A stretch of 64,000 nt of DNA from Octopus sinensis (Eukaryota): contig NC_043020.1 in assembly GCF_006345805.1 (NCBI RefSeq), forward strand, positions 24,366,001 through 24,430,000, given 5' to 3'. Of this stretch, positions 25,976 to 38,903 are shown one piece after another. A program made the translations under genes and the position numbers. Numbering within the stretch: position 1 is the first letter of the stretch; every line of letters begins with the position of its first letter. The notes under the pieces were generated by a model, which worked only from the letters and a program-made list of their open reading frames with translations, was not told the origin of the DNA and made no database searches.

Positions 25976-26606
25976 TCTCCCGTCACAAAGAACCACTACA
26001 ATAAACAGCAACAGGGCCCAAAATAATGAACGATATAGGCCATTCTCACCGAAATAATGCATAATAAAAGACTTTATATTTAAAGTAATGCATACAAACA
26101 ACAACAGCAACAACAAAAAACGAGAGAACGCAGTAAACAAACAATAAAATAAAAACAAATTCTAAAACAGAAACACATACAAATATGGCTGCCTCTTTGG
26201 TGAGTGTGTTTTATCTATTTATCTATATAATTTCGCAGCGTCCACACAAACATATATCCACACACACACACTCTAAAAGCAATGTGTGTGCGTATGTGTC
26301 TATAAATAATGTGTGTGTGCGTGTGTGTGTGTGTGCGTGTGTGCGTGTGCATATATGTTTACAAACACATTAGAGATGCTGGTATCATTAATCATAAGAC
26401 GTGACTTTCTGATATTTATATTATACTCTTGTCATATACCTGTATTTCCGTGTTTGTGTGTGTGTGTGTAAATACATATATATATATATATATATGTATG
26501 TATATGTGTGTGTGTAAATTTGTTTGCATATATGTGTAAATATGTATATGTATATATGCATGTGTGTGTGTAAATGTATATATGTATGCATGTGTGGGTA
26601 ATTATG

Positions 26607-26639
<33 letters not shown>

Positions 26640-26750
26640 ATCTATTATGTGTGTAAATATATATGTGATGTGCGTGTATATGTTTGTGAATGTAAGAATA
26701 TATTATATATTTGCATTATATATATATATATATATATGTATTTATAGAAG

Positions 26751-26784
<34 letters not shown>

Positions 26785-27324
26785 CACACACATGGTCCAT
26801 TGAATCTGTTTCTCTCATTGTTTGATCAGGTGCTATAGTGTTGTTGCTGTTGTTGGTGGTGGTCGTGGAGTGGAGCGGGAGTTGTAATGGTGCAGCAGCA
26901 GTTCTCCTCAATATTGGTGGAACCACTACCAAACCTTTTATTATTATTCTTTGCATTGACCAATTCCATCGTTGATGTTTTTTTGTTGTTGTTTATTCTT
27001 CGTCTCGTTGTGGTTTCTCGTAATTTTTATTGTATGTTTTTTTAATCTTTTCTAATCTTTTTTTTTATATTTTTTCATTTCATTTGTTTTTTTTTTATTT
27101 TCCGGACCGAAAATGTTTATGTATTCTTTTATAGTTGGTCGTTGATGATGGCGTTTCTTGTTATTAAGTATGTCTGTTGTGTTGCGGTTGTTGTTAGCTT
27201 TGCTGTTGTGTTTTAAATGCGAAAATAAACGACTTCCAAGACAGGTGGAACTGAACATCACCAAGCAACACCAATAATAGGAGATGTTGACTACAACGCC
27301 AAAAATACAAACGACATTGATAGC

Positions 27325-27355
27325 AACAAGAACAACAACAACAACAACTACAACA

Positions 27356-27397
<42 letters not shown>

Positions 27398-27501
27398 GAT
27401 GCCGCTGCTATCAATAAAGTCATCTTATTACTTTGTTGTTGCCGTGTATCAGTTGTTAGTTTTTGTAATTTTTGTTGTTATCCCTACCGGAGTAGTAGTC
27501 A

Positions 27502-27566
<65 letters not shown>

Positions 27567-27772
27567 AAACTAAACCAGGAAATGGTCACTTAGCATTTTA
27601 CCATTTGTAGTTTAGAGTACGTTGTAATCGTTTCCTTATTAAGAAAATGGGGAGATGGGGCGATATTTTCCCCTTTATCGAATTTGAGTTTCTCCAACTG
27701 TTTGCAGAAATAACCTCTGTTTTTCGACCCTGTGCTGTGCGCCCTTTCTACTACTACTATACTACTACTACT

Positions 27773-27820
<48 letters not shown>

Positions 27821-27870
27821 AATAATAATAATAATAATAATAATGATATTAATAATAATGATAATAATAT
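27325..27870. repeat. (ACA)/(ACT)n, (AGT)n, (ACT)n and (AAT)n microsatellite cluster
   Basis: Direct reading; produces the poly-T/V/S/Y ORFs. Confidence 0.93.
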
Positions 27871-28264
27871 CATATTCGTGCTGGCATGGCCGTATGGCCG
27901 TGTAGTTAAGAAGTTAGTTTCCTATTTACATGTTCTGATGACCAGTTCGTGGGCGACTAATGTGTTGTGAATAAAATCAATAATGGAAAATTGTGCGGAA
28001 ACCTGACATTGAATGATGTCCTCCCTCTCGCTCACTCTCTGTACGTGAGGACATCATTATAATAATAATAAGAATTCGTAAAAGGAGACGGTCGAAAAAG
28101 CCAGCTTCTATATATGGCTGAAGCGGGAAGACCAAAATGGCTTGAAAGTTATAACATGCCGGCAGGAAAATAACATCACTAGGTGAGACACGCTGACACT
28201 GAATAGGCTTCGCTGTCTGACAGGTGAGGGTCTCGTTTAGAGAATGCATGGGCTAAGACTACGT

Positions 28265-28385
28265 GCCTTCATTGGTCAGTTAAAGTTGAGACAGTGTCAC
28301 GTGATAACTTGCTGGGGCTGCCTGCTGGAGCCTGGCAGCAGGTATTTAAAGGGAAAAAATTTGACAAGGCAATCAGTCGCCTCTG
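28265..28385 (+). promoter_or_regulatory. Candidate Pol II core promoter in a GC-richer, possibly LTR-like segment
   Basis: ATTGG (28271), E-box GTCACGTGA (28296), TATTTAAA (28343) and Inr-like TCAGTC (28373) about 30 nt downstream. Motif evidence only. Confidence 0.35.
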
Positions 28386-28970
28386 ACACTCGTTGACGCT
28401 ACATCGAAGAGGCCAGGGAACAGAAGAAAGAAGACATGCACTCAACACCAGAGCTGAAAGCAACTCCGAAAGGGGGGAGCCGCCACGTCAAAACAGTTGA
28501 GGAGAGGGGCCGAAACCGGACGTGGTTCCTCCTGATGATGTCTTGAGCTTACTGGATCCTATAAAGGAGCTATTGTTGTAGCAGACCACGAAAAACGGTT
28601 GAAATTCCTTTCTTCTGTCAACATTTAAAAAAAAAATCTGAACCAAACGTTTGTATCTAATCTGTCTAAAATTTTCTTTGGATTGTACGAATGTTACAAT
28701 ATTATAAAACACCACAAAAATTATAACCCTGTGAAGGGAGGATTTTATTGGAAATGTAACATGGATTGTGGAAGATGTTGATTGTGAAGTTGGTGGCAGT
28801 CGTTATTTGGAGCAAAATAGATACGAAAACGAGTTAATGGATTCCGAGTCTTTCCATTTGGGTTCTGATTTGTGCTGCCGTCATCTCTCTGTAAACCACC
28901 GTCATATCTAACTCTATTTCCTTTTCATTTGGGGTATTATAAATAATTCGATGATGTCACTTGCTTCCTT

Positions 28971-29007
<37 letters not shown>

Positions 29008-29902
29008 TATGTTTGTTGTGTATGCGTTTGTGTATATGTATGTATATATAATATGGGTGTGTGTATTTATATGTAAATGTGCGTATACACATACATTAAG
29101 ATATAGCTTCGTTTCATCACGAATCTTTTTTACTTTTTCTCATTCCTCTTCACTTCCGTGCTAATAATCATTTATCTTCTAAAGAATCCGGCCGTCGATT
29201 ATTCTCCATTTTAATTGTCTTATCTTTCCTCTCTCGCTGCCATGAAATGTTATTGTCACGGCATCTTCGCTGTCAAGTGATCTGCGAATAATTATTTCCG
29301 GTTTTTTTCTTCGTCTTCTTCCTCCTCCTTTATATTCTCCATTTTCTTCAATAAGAATTGGTCTCAGAACTAACTAATCTACTAGAAATTCTTTGATTGT
29401 ATACTGACTGCACTGACAGGCAAAGAAAAAGCGACACAAAAAATTGCAATGCTTGTCTAGAATGGAAAATATATCGGACAGATTATTTGATTGTTAGTCT
29501 GACTATTTCTCATTATCTTGTCTCAAAAATTGTTGTTGCTCTTGTTTAGCCTAAGGCCTGGCCCGATCGAGATGACCTTTGATCAAAGGACTTTAGGCCA
29601 CTACAACCCCAGCTTTTCTTTCTGAAATGTATTTACAGGAACAAATTATGAGTTTTATTTATTTATTTTTTTTTTACAGAAATGTTTAGTACAATGGCAG
29701 CTATTTTTGGACATTGCATATCTAGGACAAAGTTAGACAACATGACCTTCTCTATTTAAAGTAAATAGAGAGATGTGATTGGTTTTTCCAGCAGGTTCTG
29801 TTGCCAGTTAGGAGAATCCCTTTCTGACGCCTGAATCCATACAAACTGAACGTGTCTTATCTCTCTGTCTGCTTGCCTGCCTCTTCGTCCGTCCATCCAA
29901 TC

Positions 29903-30096
<194 letters not shown>

Positions 30097-30473
30097 ATCT
30101 TACCTATCAGTGTGTGTGTTGTCGTTCGAAGCCGCTCTTGAATCACTCTGCTCCGCCCTTATACCAAATATTTATCTTCTAGGATTTGTTTAGGTTATAA
30201 AAAAAGTAAAATGAAATTGTAAGGATTCACTGAGCAGTCACTGACTTGGTGATTCTCCGTTACTGCGTCAAGGCAGCTACAGTTCGGTATATAGGCACAC
30301 ATACGGCAAGGCATCATGTCAACTACATTGCATTGGTAACTATTTTATCGACTTTGACATGATGAAAGATACAGCTGACCTAAATATTCATACACACAGA
30401 CACATATATACGCACACAAAGCCCCACACATATACACATACATAAGTATGTATGTATATAATATATATACATA

Positions 30474-30508
<35 letters not shown>

Positions 30509-30633
30509 CATGTATATATATATATAAACATATATATATATAATAAACATATATATATATATATATAATATATATATAAAAATATAAACATATATATATA
30601 TAATATATATATATATAAACATATATAATATAT

Positions 30634-30671
<38 letters not shown>

Positions 30672-30697
30672 ATTATATATTATATACATGTATATAC

Positions 30698-31080
30698 AGT
30701 GGCAGCGTGGTAAGAAGCTTCCTTCCCAACCACATGCTTCTGGGTTCAGTTCCTCTGATTGGGTTGGCACCTTCGGCAAGTGTTCTTCTACTATAGCTTC
30801 GGACCGACCAAATCTTAGTGAGTGGACTTGGTAGACGGAAAGAAGCCCGTCGTACGTAAATAGATATGTATTTGTGTGTCTGCTTGTCACCCCTACCCCA
30901 TCGCTTCACAACCGATGTTGGTGTTTTTACGTCTCCGTAAATTAGCGGTTCGGCAAAATAAATCGATATAATAAGTACTAAGTTTACAGAGAATAAGTCT
31001 TGGGGTCTATTTGTACGACTAAAGGCGGTGCCCCAGCATGGCCACAGTCAAATGAGTGAAACAAATAAAATAAAAGAAAG
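30698..31080 (+). mobile_element. SINE family A, near full length
   Basis: A-box TGGCAGCGTGG, B-box GGGTTCAGTTCC, and tail AAGGCGGTGCCCCAGCATGGCCACAGTCAAATGAGTGAAAC with an A-rich end. Confidence 0.9.
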
Positions 31081-31220
31081 AATATTTACACACACACACA
31101 CACACACGTGTATGTGTGTGTGTATATATATATACATACACATACGTTATATATGACTGTATGTGTTTGTATCGTTCTCGCCATCTCTCTCTCTCACTGT
31201 ACACACACACACACATACAC

Positions 31221-31257
<37 letters not shown>

Positions 31258-32324
31258 TATGTATATATATAAAACATTATATATTTCTCTCCCTCTCTTT
31301 GTCATTCTTCTTGCCCATTTCCATCAACCTGTTTGTGTCCATCTGTGACCACCTCTACTTCTGAGTCATCCAATAAAATCGAAAATAGCAACATCTCTTG
31401 TCCTGCCACAACAGTCAAAACAAAATAAAGCGAACCACAACAACAACAACAACAACAGCAACAACAGTCAATATGCCGGATGGAAACGCTTGGTGTGTGT
31501 TAAATATGGCGGAAGGGTGAAGTCGTTGAAATAGTCAGAGTTAGGGATGGGTAAGGATGTGTGAGGGCGTATATGGGAATGGAGAATGGTGTGTGTGAGT
31601 GTGTTGAATGTGCATACGTGTAACTGTGTGTCTGTGCGTAAGAGAATGTATGTAGCTATGTGTATGCGTGTGTGCAATGTGCATGCGTAAGAAAATGTAT
31701 GTGTGTAACTGTGTCTGTGTAAATATGTGTGTGAGGGAATGTCTATGCCTGTTGCTTTATGTGTGCATGCGTAAGAAAATGTATGTGTGTATGTGTAGGA
31801 ATGTGTATACGTGTAGCTGTGTGTGTAAATCTAGGTATGATAGAGTGTATGTATGTGTGTTTGTGCATGACTGTATGTGTGTGTGTGTGTGAATGTTTGA
31901 ATATGTGCGTAGGTATATAGGTGACTGTATGAGTGTGTATGTGTGGGTGCATATGTAACTCGGTGTGTGTGTGTGTATATGCATGTTTGAATATTTGAGT
32001 GTGTGTTTGCGTATGCGGTGTGTGCGTAGGGGCAATATAAATGGGGTTATTTCTTTGGCGGAGAAGGGGTAGAAAACAGACGTAAAGGCATAGACAGGGA
32101 GAAGAACGGGGTAAATAGAAATTAAAAAGAAGTGCAACGAGTGTAGAAGGGGCCAAACCATAAAATAAGGGAGTGGGAGGGAGACGGGGAAGAGAGAAGC
32201 TAAAGGATGCTAAATGCAGAGTAAAATATAGATGTAGAAAAAGCCGAAGGACAAGAGAAAAAGAAAACAAGAGGAAAAAGAACAGTTCCAAACATAAAAA
32301 CCATGAAATATAAATAAATAATAG

Positions 32325-32458
32325 AAGTTTATTTCCCAACCGCATGGTTCCGGGTTCAATACCACTGCGTGGCACCTTGTGAAAGTGTTTTCTCTGATAG
32401 CCTTAACCAACCAAAACCTTGTGAGTGGATTTGGTGGACGGAAACTGAAAGAAGCTCG

Positions 32459-32460
<2 letters not shown>
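32325..32460 (+). mobile_element. SINE family A, 5' part
   Basis: CATGGTTCCGGGTTCAATACCACTGCGTGGCACCTTG...GTGAGTGGATTTGGTGGACGGAAACTGAAAGAAGC. Confidence 0.85.
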
Positions 32461-32504
<44 letters not shown>

Positions 32505-32505
32505 A

Positions 32506-32537
<32 letters not shown>

Positions 32538-32779
32538 TGTGTGCGTGTGTGCGTGTGTGTGTGTGTATGTGTGTGTGCGTGCGTGTGTGTGTGTGAGTGT
32601 GTGTGTGTTTGTGTGTGTGTGTAGAGTGCGTTAGTTGTTTTTAGGTCCTTTATATGAATTTAGAAGAATAGCTCATCAAAGAAAACCTGTTTTTGAAAAT
32701 AAATAGATACATATAATCTTGAGAGTGATTTTATCACGTCTATTCAACGAATCAACCGTTAATATCAACAGCTGTTTCG

Positions 32780-33375
32780 ATACTGGTAGGAAGCGTTGAC
32801 ATGCCCCAATTAGATGATCTTTATCAACTTTTGGACACGGCGTTGGCTATTGCGAACTTGAGAGATTGTATGGTGTTATTGGGGGTGTTGATTTCCTTCT
32901 CCCTCAACTATGCCCCATACGTAAAAGTCCAGAGGATTGAGGTATGGTGAGCTAGGAGGACATGTGTCTGGTATAACATGATCATGGGGTTTGGCACGCA
33001 TCCACGCTTGGGTTGTCCTAGCCTTGTGGGATGGTGCAGAGTCTTCCGCATCACATACAACTCGTAATGCATGCTCTCATGAACGACACTTCTGATGGTG
33101 CTTTCTGAAACCCTGGGGCCCTTTACAATGGCTCTGATTGACTTCCCAGGGGATTTACCTATTATTTCTTGGACTTTTTCCACAAAGTTATGTGTGTTGG
33201 TGGTATTAAGACCCTATGCACACGTTTTGCGTTCAGCTGGTGATGTTGGATCCCTGCCAACAGCTTTTACCTCCTTCCGATCTGTGACAACAAAAGATTG
33301 AGCAACTTTCAGGAAGCGAGGTATCACTGCATCACTATGCTGCGCACTAAAGGCAACGATTTTAACGTGCCTTTT
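32780..33375 (-). mobile_element. Tc1/mariner-superfamily transposase remnant, internally deleted
   Basis: HTH-like segment VEKVQEIIGKSPGKSIRAIVKGPRVSESTIRSVVHE joined to a catalytic end reading PPSSPYLNPLDFYVWGIVE (SPDLNPLD motif). Contains stops and frameshifts. Confidence 0.8.
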
Positions 33376-33538
33376 TTTATTTGCTAAATCTAATATGTTT
33401 GTGTGTATGAATGCATACACACATAGGCAAAACACATGACCATGCCTGTATCAGAAAAACATCTATCTATCTACAGATATATATTTCTTTATATGCATGC
33501 AGACAAACACACACACACATATATATCCACACGCAGAA

Positions 33539-33540
33539 AG

Positions 33541-33571
<31 letters not shown>

Positions 33572-33603
33572 TAGAGAGATAGATAGATAGATAGATAGAT
33601 AGT

Positions 33604-33634
<31 letters not shown>

Positions 33635-33639
33635 TAGAG

Positions 33640-33712
<73 letters not shown>

Positions 33713-33982
33713 CAAAGGTACACGTATAGATGGACATGGAAATATATATAGTGTGTGCATGTGTACGTGTGTGTGGAGGGATAGATAGATAGATGGAAAG
33801 AAAGATAAATATAGATAGATAGGTAGATAAATAGATAGGTAGATAGGTAGGTAGATAGATAAGTAGATAGATAGGTAGATAGATAGGTAGATAGATAGAT
33901 AAGTAGATAGATACGTAGATAGATAGATAGGTAGGTAGATAGGTAGATAGGTAGATAGGTAGATAGATAGATAGATAGATAG
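33539..33982. repeat. (GATA)n/(GA)n/(GGTA)n compound microsatellite
   Basis: Direct reading. Confidence 0.95.
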
Positions 33983-33989
33983 GTCATGC

Positions 33990-34350
33990 TAGCTGCGACC
34001 ATCCAACCGTTTTGGCAATATCTCTGATTACGTTACCTGTCATATCCTTATGTAAAACGTCACCGCATGATCTGAGGTTACGTTTGGCTGCTATTTGAAG
34101 CATACCAGCTGAATACCTTAACATTCTTCTTTGCTTATCATAAGCTTTGTTCTTGCTGCTGTTCTTGTCGTTCTTAATCCCAGGTCAATCGCAACAGCGA
34201 AAACTAATAGTCAAATGTATTCCAGTCATAATACTCTTAAGTTTGCAGGCATAGTGTACCAAGGCCTACGTTTTCAAATATATCCCATCGCTTTCTTTAT
34301 GACAATATGATTAATCTTTTGAAGGAGATTTAGCTGCTTTTTCTTACCAT
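33990..34350 (+). repeat. Old dispersed repeat family; related pieces at about 29540-29830 (+), 53140-53310 (-) and 54330-54520 (-)
   Basis: Recurrent degenerate motifs (G/A)TTT(G/A)GCTGCT(A/T)TTT and TGATCAAAG; complement CAGCTAAATCTCCCTCAAA at about 53190. Confidence 0.45.
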
Positions 34351-34414
34351 CCACTTTGAAGCCTCATATATTTTATTGACGTTTTTAACAATCCTAATTA
34401 AACATCTTAATAAT

Positions 34415-34446
<32 letters not shown>

Positions 34447-34613
34447 ATATATATATATGTGTTGTGTGTGTGTGTGTGTGTATACACACACAGTAATGCT
34501 TGTGGTTGAATGCTCGAAATGAGGAGTAGACAGCTGACGACTGATGAAGGGTCCTTTCTCTGTGTTTACTTGTCCTGTTTTCCATTTTTTCTCATTTTTT
34601 GTGTATTTATATA

Positions 34614-34816
34614 CAAATTACTCACCATATAGCGGTTCACCTATCGCGCACTCAGTACATCGCGGATTTTTCTAGTTAATATACGTAAATTTATATCGCG
34701 GACCCCTCACTATATCCAGGTTTCTACGAGCGATGGTAATTTATATTTTTTTAGATTGTAACTATTTCTGTGGGCGGTTTTGGAACGTAACACCCGCGAT
34801 AGTCGAGGGATTACTG
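34614..34816. mobile_element. pogo/Tigger-like MITE
   Basis: Right end CGCGATAGTCGAGGGATTACTG-TA is a CAGTAATCCCTCG-type TIR. Left end is degenerate (TA-CAAATTACTCACCATATAGCGG). Internal ATCGCG repeats and TA flanks. Confidence 0.7.
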
Positions 34817-34844
34817 TATATATATTACGCATTTCCGTCATTCC

Positions 34845-35200
34845 ACTTCGGCCACGCCGGGGCATTGCATTGAAGCATTTTAGTTGAATTAATCCCAGTA
34901 CTGTATTCTATCTTTATAAGCATAATACTAATTCTATCGTTTCCTTTGCAGAACCGCTAAGTTACAGGGAAAGGAACACAATAGCATCGGATGTCAAGCG
35001 GTGATAGAGAACAGACACAGACTCATACACACACACACACAAACAAACACACACACATATATGCACAATGGGATTCTTTCAGTTTCCGCCTACCAAATCC
35101 ATTCAAGAGGCTTGATACTGGTCCAATGAGTCGCGCAGTGAGACTGAACTCGAAATCATTAGGCTGGGAAGCAAACTTCTTAGCACGCAACCACACCTAT
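34845..35200 (-). mobile_element. SINE family A, degenerate
   Basis: GAACCGCTAAGTTAC, TTTCAGTTTCCGCCTACCAAATCCA and CGCAGTGAGACTGAACTCG match family A. Confidence 0.78.
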
Positions 35201-35392
35201 CTATCTCTATCTCTATCTATCTATCTATCTATCTATAACCCCCCCTTTTTTTTTCCTCTTTCTCTCCTTTTACGATCCCTTTTGATCGAAACTCCCCCTT
35301 CCTTTTTTTTTTTTTTTAAACCTTCAAAAGAAAAGCTCTACCTTGTAATTTGTTCTATCTGTGTGTAGCCCTGTGTGGCTAATAAAGAAACA

Positions 35393-35445
<53 letters not shown>

Positions 35446-35474
35446 GTCTATCATCTCTCTCTCTCTTTCCCCCC

Positions 35475-35505
<31 letters not shown>

Positions 35506-36526
35506 CTCTATAATATATATATATATAATATATATATATTATATATATATATATATATTATAGATAGATAGAGAGAGAGAGAGAGGAGAGAGAGTAGGGA
35601 GAGAGATACAGATAGATAGTGATAGATAGATATAAATCGATAAATGGATAGATAGATATGCCAACTTTTGCCTACCGAACACGTCAGCTAACCAGATCAA
35701 CACTTAGTCGTCAAGACGATATCTTCTAACAGAGTAAATGAAATTTCACGCACGTTTTTGTCAACAGATCGTCGTGGAACTCGCCTCACAGCACCATTTA
35801 ATTAACTCCTGATGATGCTCTAATCACATACAAACGGCAATCTTGGAAGACAACGCAAAATTTACATAGCAACTGTGTTCTAGCGTCATCTGTATTACAA
35901 CTAACAAGTCAGTTGCTTAGTAACTATACATAATTAAACATTATGTCTATTTACATATGTTTAGGGGTTCTGTTGGCTGTGTGAGTATGGTTTCTTTGTA
36001 TTTTTGTGCTTTATTTTACTTTTCGTGAGAGGATTTTGTGGGTTTTTTTTATGCTGTGACTAAGATATGTTTGGTCACCTGAAATGTTAGTGGCGCTGAC
36101 CAAGTTAAGACAAGTCATTATTGAAGTGGTCGGTCATCATTCGACAGAAATCAGATTGAGCTATTTGTTAACACGTCTGTAGCGTGGCTAATGGACGGAC
36201 ACCTACACACACAGAAACCTCCTTCCCTACCACATTTCTCTCTTAATTCTTAATAAAGTATCAGTTATTCAGAAACGAATAAGCAAGGTGTTTGGTGCTG
36301 CCTTGTTTATACATCTTGCAAACATAATCTTTATATGCACTCAACACCAGTCGATAATTGAGGGAGCCCACTTCATTGAGAAAGGGCTTCTGCTCCCCAG
36401 CCCATCGCCAAATAATATTTATCTTCTGAATTTTTTAATCGAGCAACGAAGCACCATTTATTGAGAACTCCCATTAAGGCCTGCCTCTCTCTGTGTATAT
36501 ATATGTGTGTGTGTTTGTGTGTGTGA

Positions 36527-36577
<51 letters not shown>

Positions 36578-36599
36578 GGAGATAGTACGTGATAAAAGC

Positions 36600-36815
36600 T
36601 TACCGTAACACCCTCAAGGGTTTCAGACCCCACTTCTTTGATTTCTCTATTGATGTTCTCCTTCAGTTGCTCCAGGGCCTCCTGTTTGTTAACGTAAAGC
36701 CTCTCTTTCAAGCATCCCCACAAGAAAGAATCTGAGCTAGTCAAGTCTGGGGAACATTAAGGCCAGTTGACTTCGCCGTAGCAGGAGACTATTCTCTCTC
36801 CAAAGCACTGAGGTC
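36600..36815 (-). mobile_element. Tc1/mariner (Tc3-like) transposase C-terminal fragment
   Basis: Minus strand reads EVNWP*CSPDLTSSDSFLWGCLKERLYVNKQEALEQLKENINREI, matching the WP.RSPDLTP.DFFLWG.LK motif. Confidence 0.85.
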
Positions 36816-36849
36816 TACTTTGAATGGCCGAGCGCAGAAAGGTATCAGC

Positions 36850-37186
36850 TATGGATACATGAAAGAGAATTTTTACGTCAACAAACTAGAGACCCTGGTG
36901 CAACTGAAGGAGAACATCAATAAAGAAATCAGAAATGTGGGGTCTGAAACTCTTGAGAGCGTTGTGATGCAAGTTTTGGAAAGAGCACGGTCGTGCGAAG
37001 CTGAAAGTGGCTGCCATTTAAGCGATGTCATTTTTCATATGTGATGTAGTGGTGTTGCAAACTTGACTTGTTTATATTAATTTCCATTATGTCCTTTATA
37101 TTGTATCAAAATTTCGTGCATTTATTTGTAAAATTAAGGAAGTTATTAAAAACTGAAACACATCAGTGACTTCTGGGACAGCCTAT
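36850..37186 (+). mobile_element. Tc1/mariner (Tc3-like) 3' fragment with right TIR
   Basis: GYMKENFYVNKLETLVQLKENINKEI...CEAESGCHLSDVIFHM*, then TTCTGGGACAGCCTA-TA, a degenerate CAGGGTGTCCCA-type TIR. Confidence 0.85.
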
Positions 37187-37825
37187 ATATATATGTATAA
37201 GTGTATGCCACGGAAGGGTTCAAAACGGTGTGTCCTAGAGAAAAGCAGAAATGATTTTCGAAGGAGGGTTCTGGTTATTAGCATTCAAAACATATAATTT
37301 GATACGATAAATAACTCAAATTCCAGCTCGCCAACACTAAATGTCTTTCGAAGTCGCCATCTTAACCTCATGATTACTTGACTGTGTGTACGTTTGTGTT
37401 TGTGTGTGTGTGTGTATGTCTGTATGTATCATACATATATTTGTGAATGTGTGTATATATGTATGTGTGTCTGTATGCATATATATGTGTATATATATAT
37501 ATATGTGTCTGTATGTATGCTTATATTTGTGTGTGTGTGTGAGTGTCGCGTCTTATGATTGTATCTACCTCTCTTTAGTCTTTGCTGTTGCTGTCACAGA
37601 ATTTTAAATTTTAAAATTAAGTGAAAATTTCAATATTTGGTATATTGTGTAATTGTTTACGTTGAATTCGATTTTCTTATTTACCTATTCCTGAAAAATT
37701 GGAGAAAAATATTAGAGGTTTAGATTTAGATGATTTTCAACCAATCAAAAATCAGGGCTTGGAAGCTGGCAATTTCTGGGTGACAGCTGTCTCGCACTAA
37801 ATGAAAATAGCGTGTGTGTGTGTGT

Positions 37826-37868
<43 letters not shown>

Positions 37869-37882
37869 TGTGTGTGTGTGTT

Positions 37883-38075
37883 CGCTGATGCTTGGCAAAC
37901 AGTGTTAGCTTGATTAGGTCCCATTAACTTAGCAGATCATTAATAAAAGACTGATAGAATAAGTACCAAACTTGAAAAAGAAAATAATAATTCCTGGAGT
38001 GGATTTGATCAATTAAACTCCAACAGGCAGTGCTCCAGCATGGCCGCTGTCAAATAACTGAAACAAAAAAGAGTT
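37883..38075 (+). mobile_element. SINE family A, 3' part, degenerate
   Basis: GATAGAATAAGTACC...GGCAGTGCTCCAGCATGGCCGCTGTCAAATAACTGAAAC. Confidence 0.8.
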
Positions 38076-38828
38076 AAAAACACGAAACGTAATTATTTCT
38101 GATCGACAACGATGCTTAAGTTTACAAGTGTAACTCGAATCATCATTGCACTCGCTTATGTAACTACTTAAATAATGGACACGAAACGACCACCGTTTTC
38201 AAACACAGAAAATAAAACCGCGAACTAGCTTTTTCTTCTTGTTTTTTCTTGTTTTCTTTTTCGACAAATTGAATCTATAATGCAATAAAGAGAAGTGTGA
38301 AAATATGCAAGATATAACTCACGATTATTGCTTGCTGTTATCTAAATTTCTATGATAGAGCTTTTATGTCTTTGCTAAAACACCGACACCTTTTCTTTCT
38401 TCTTATTTTTTGCTCACAAAAACAATCCAAAGAATATATAAAAGAAAGACACACACACATATATATATGAATACATCCACGTACACGCACACACACATCA
38501 TTGCTGTCACAGTTAGTTTTTACATCAAAAAATTTCATTGTAGCTTTTGTATCTCAAGTAATGTTTACTATACTTCATGGTTGTATATTAACATCACTTA
38601 TCACACGTTCTCCCCCACACTTTTTCCTCCACGACCTTCGCCACCATTTATTTGCGTAGATTCCTCATCTACACACGCACCCACACACATATGTCTATTG
38701 TTTCTCCTCATTTGTCCTTCTTAAAGGCTCCTTCAATTAGTGCTCACAACGTCCTCATTATTTATGATTTTAGTTGTATTTTTATCTGCTACCTCTGTCG
38801 TTTGTGTCTTTCATCATTTATTTACAGC

Positions 38829-38903
<75 letters not shown>

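Noticed and set aside
26830-26975. Signal-peptide-like reading GAIVLLLLLVVVVEWSG after the 26829 acceptor
   Set aside because: The matching frame of the candidate upstream exon has a stop at about 26163 and no ATG, and the hydrophobic run comes from TTG/GTG repeats.
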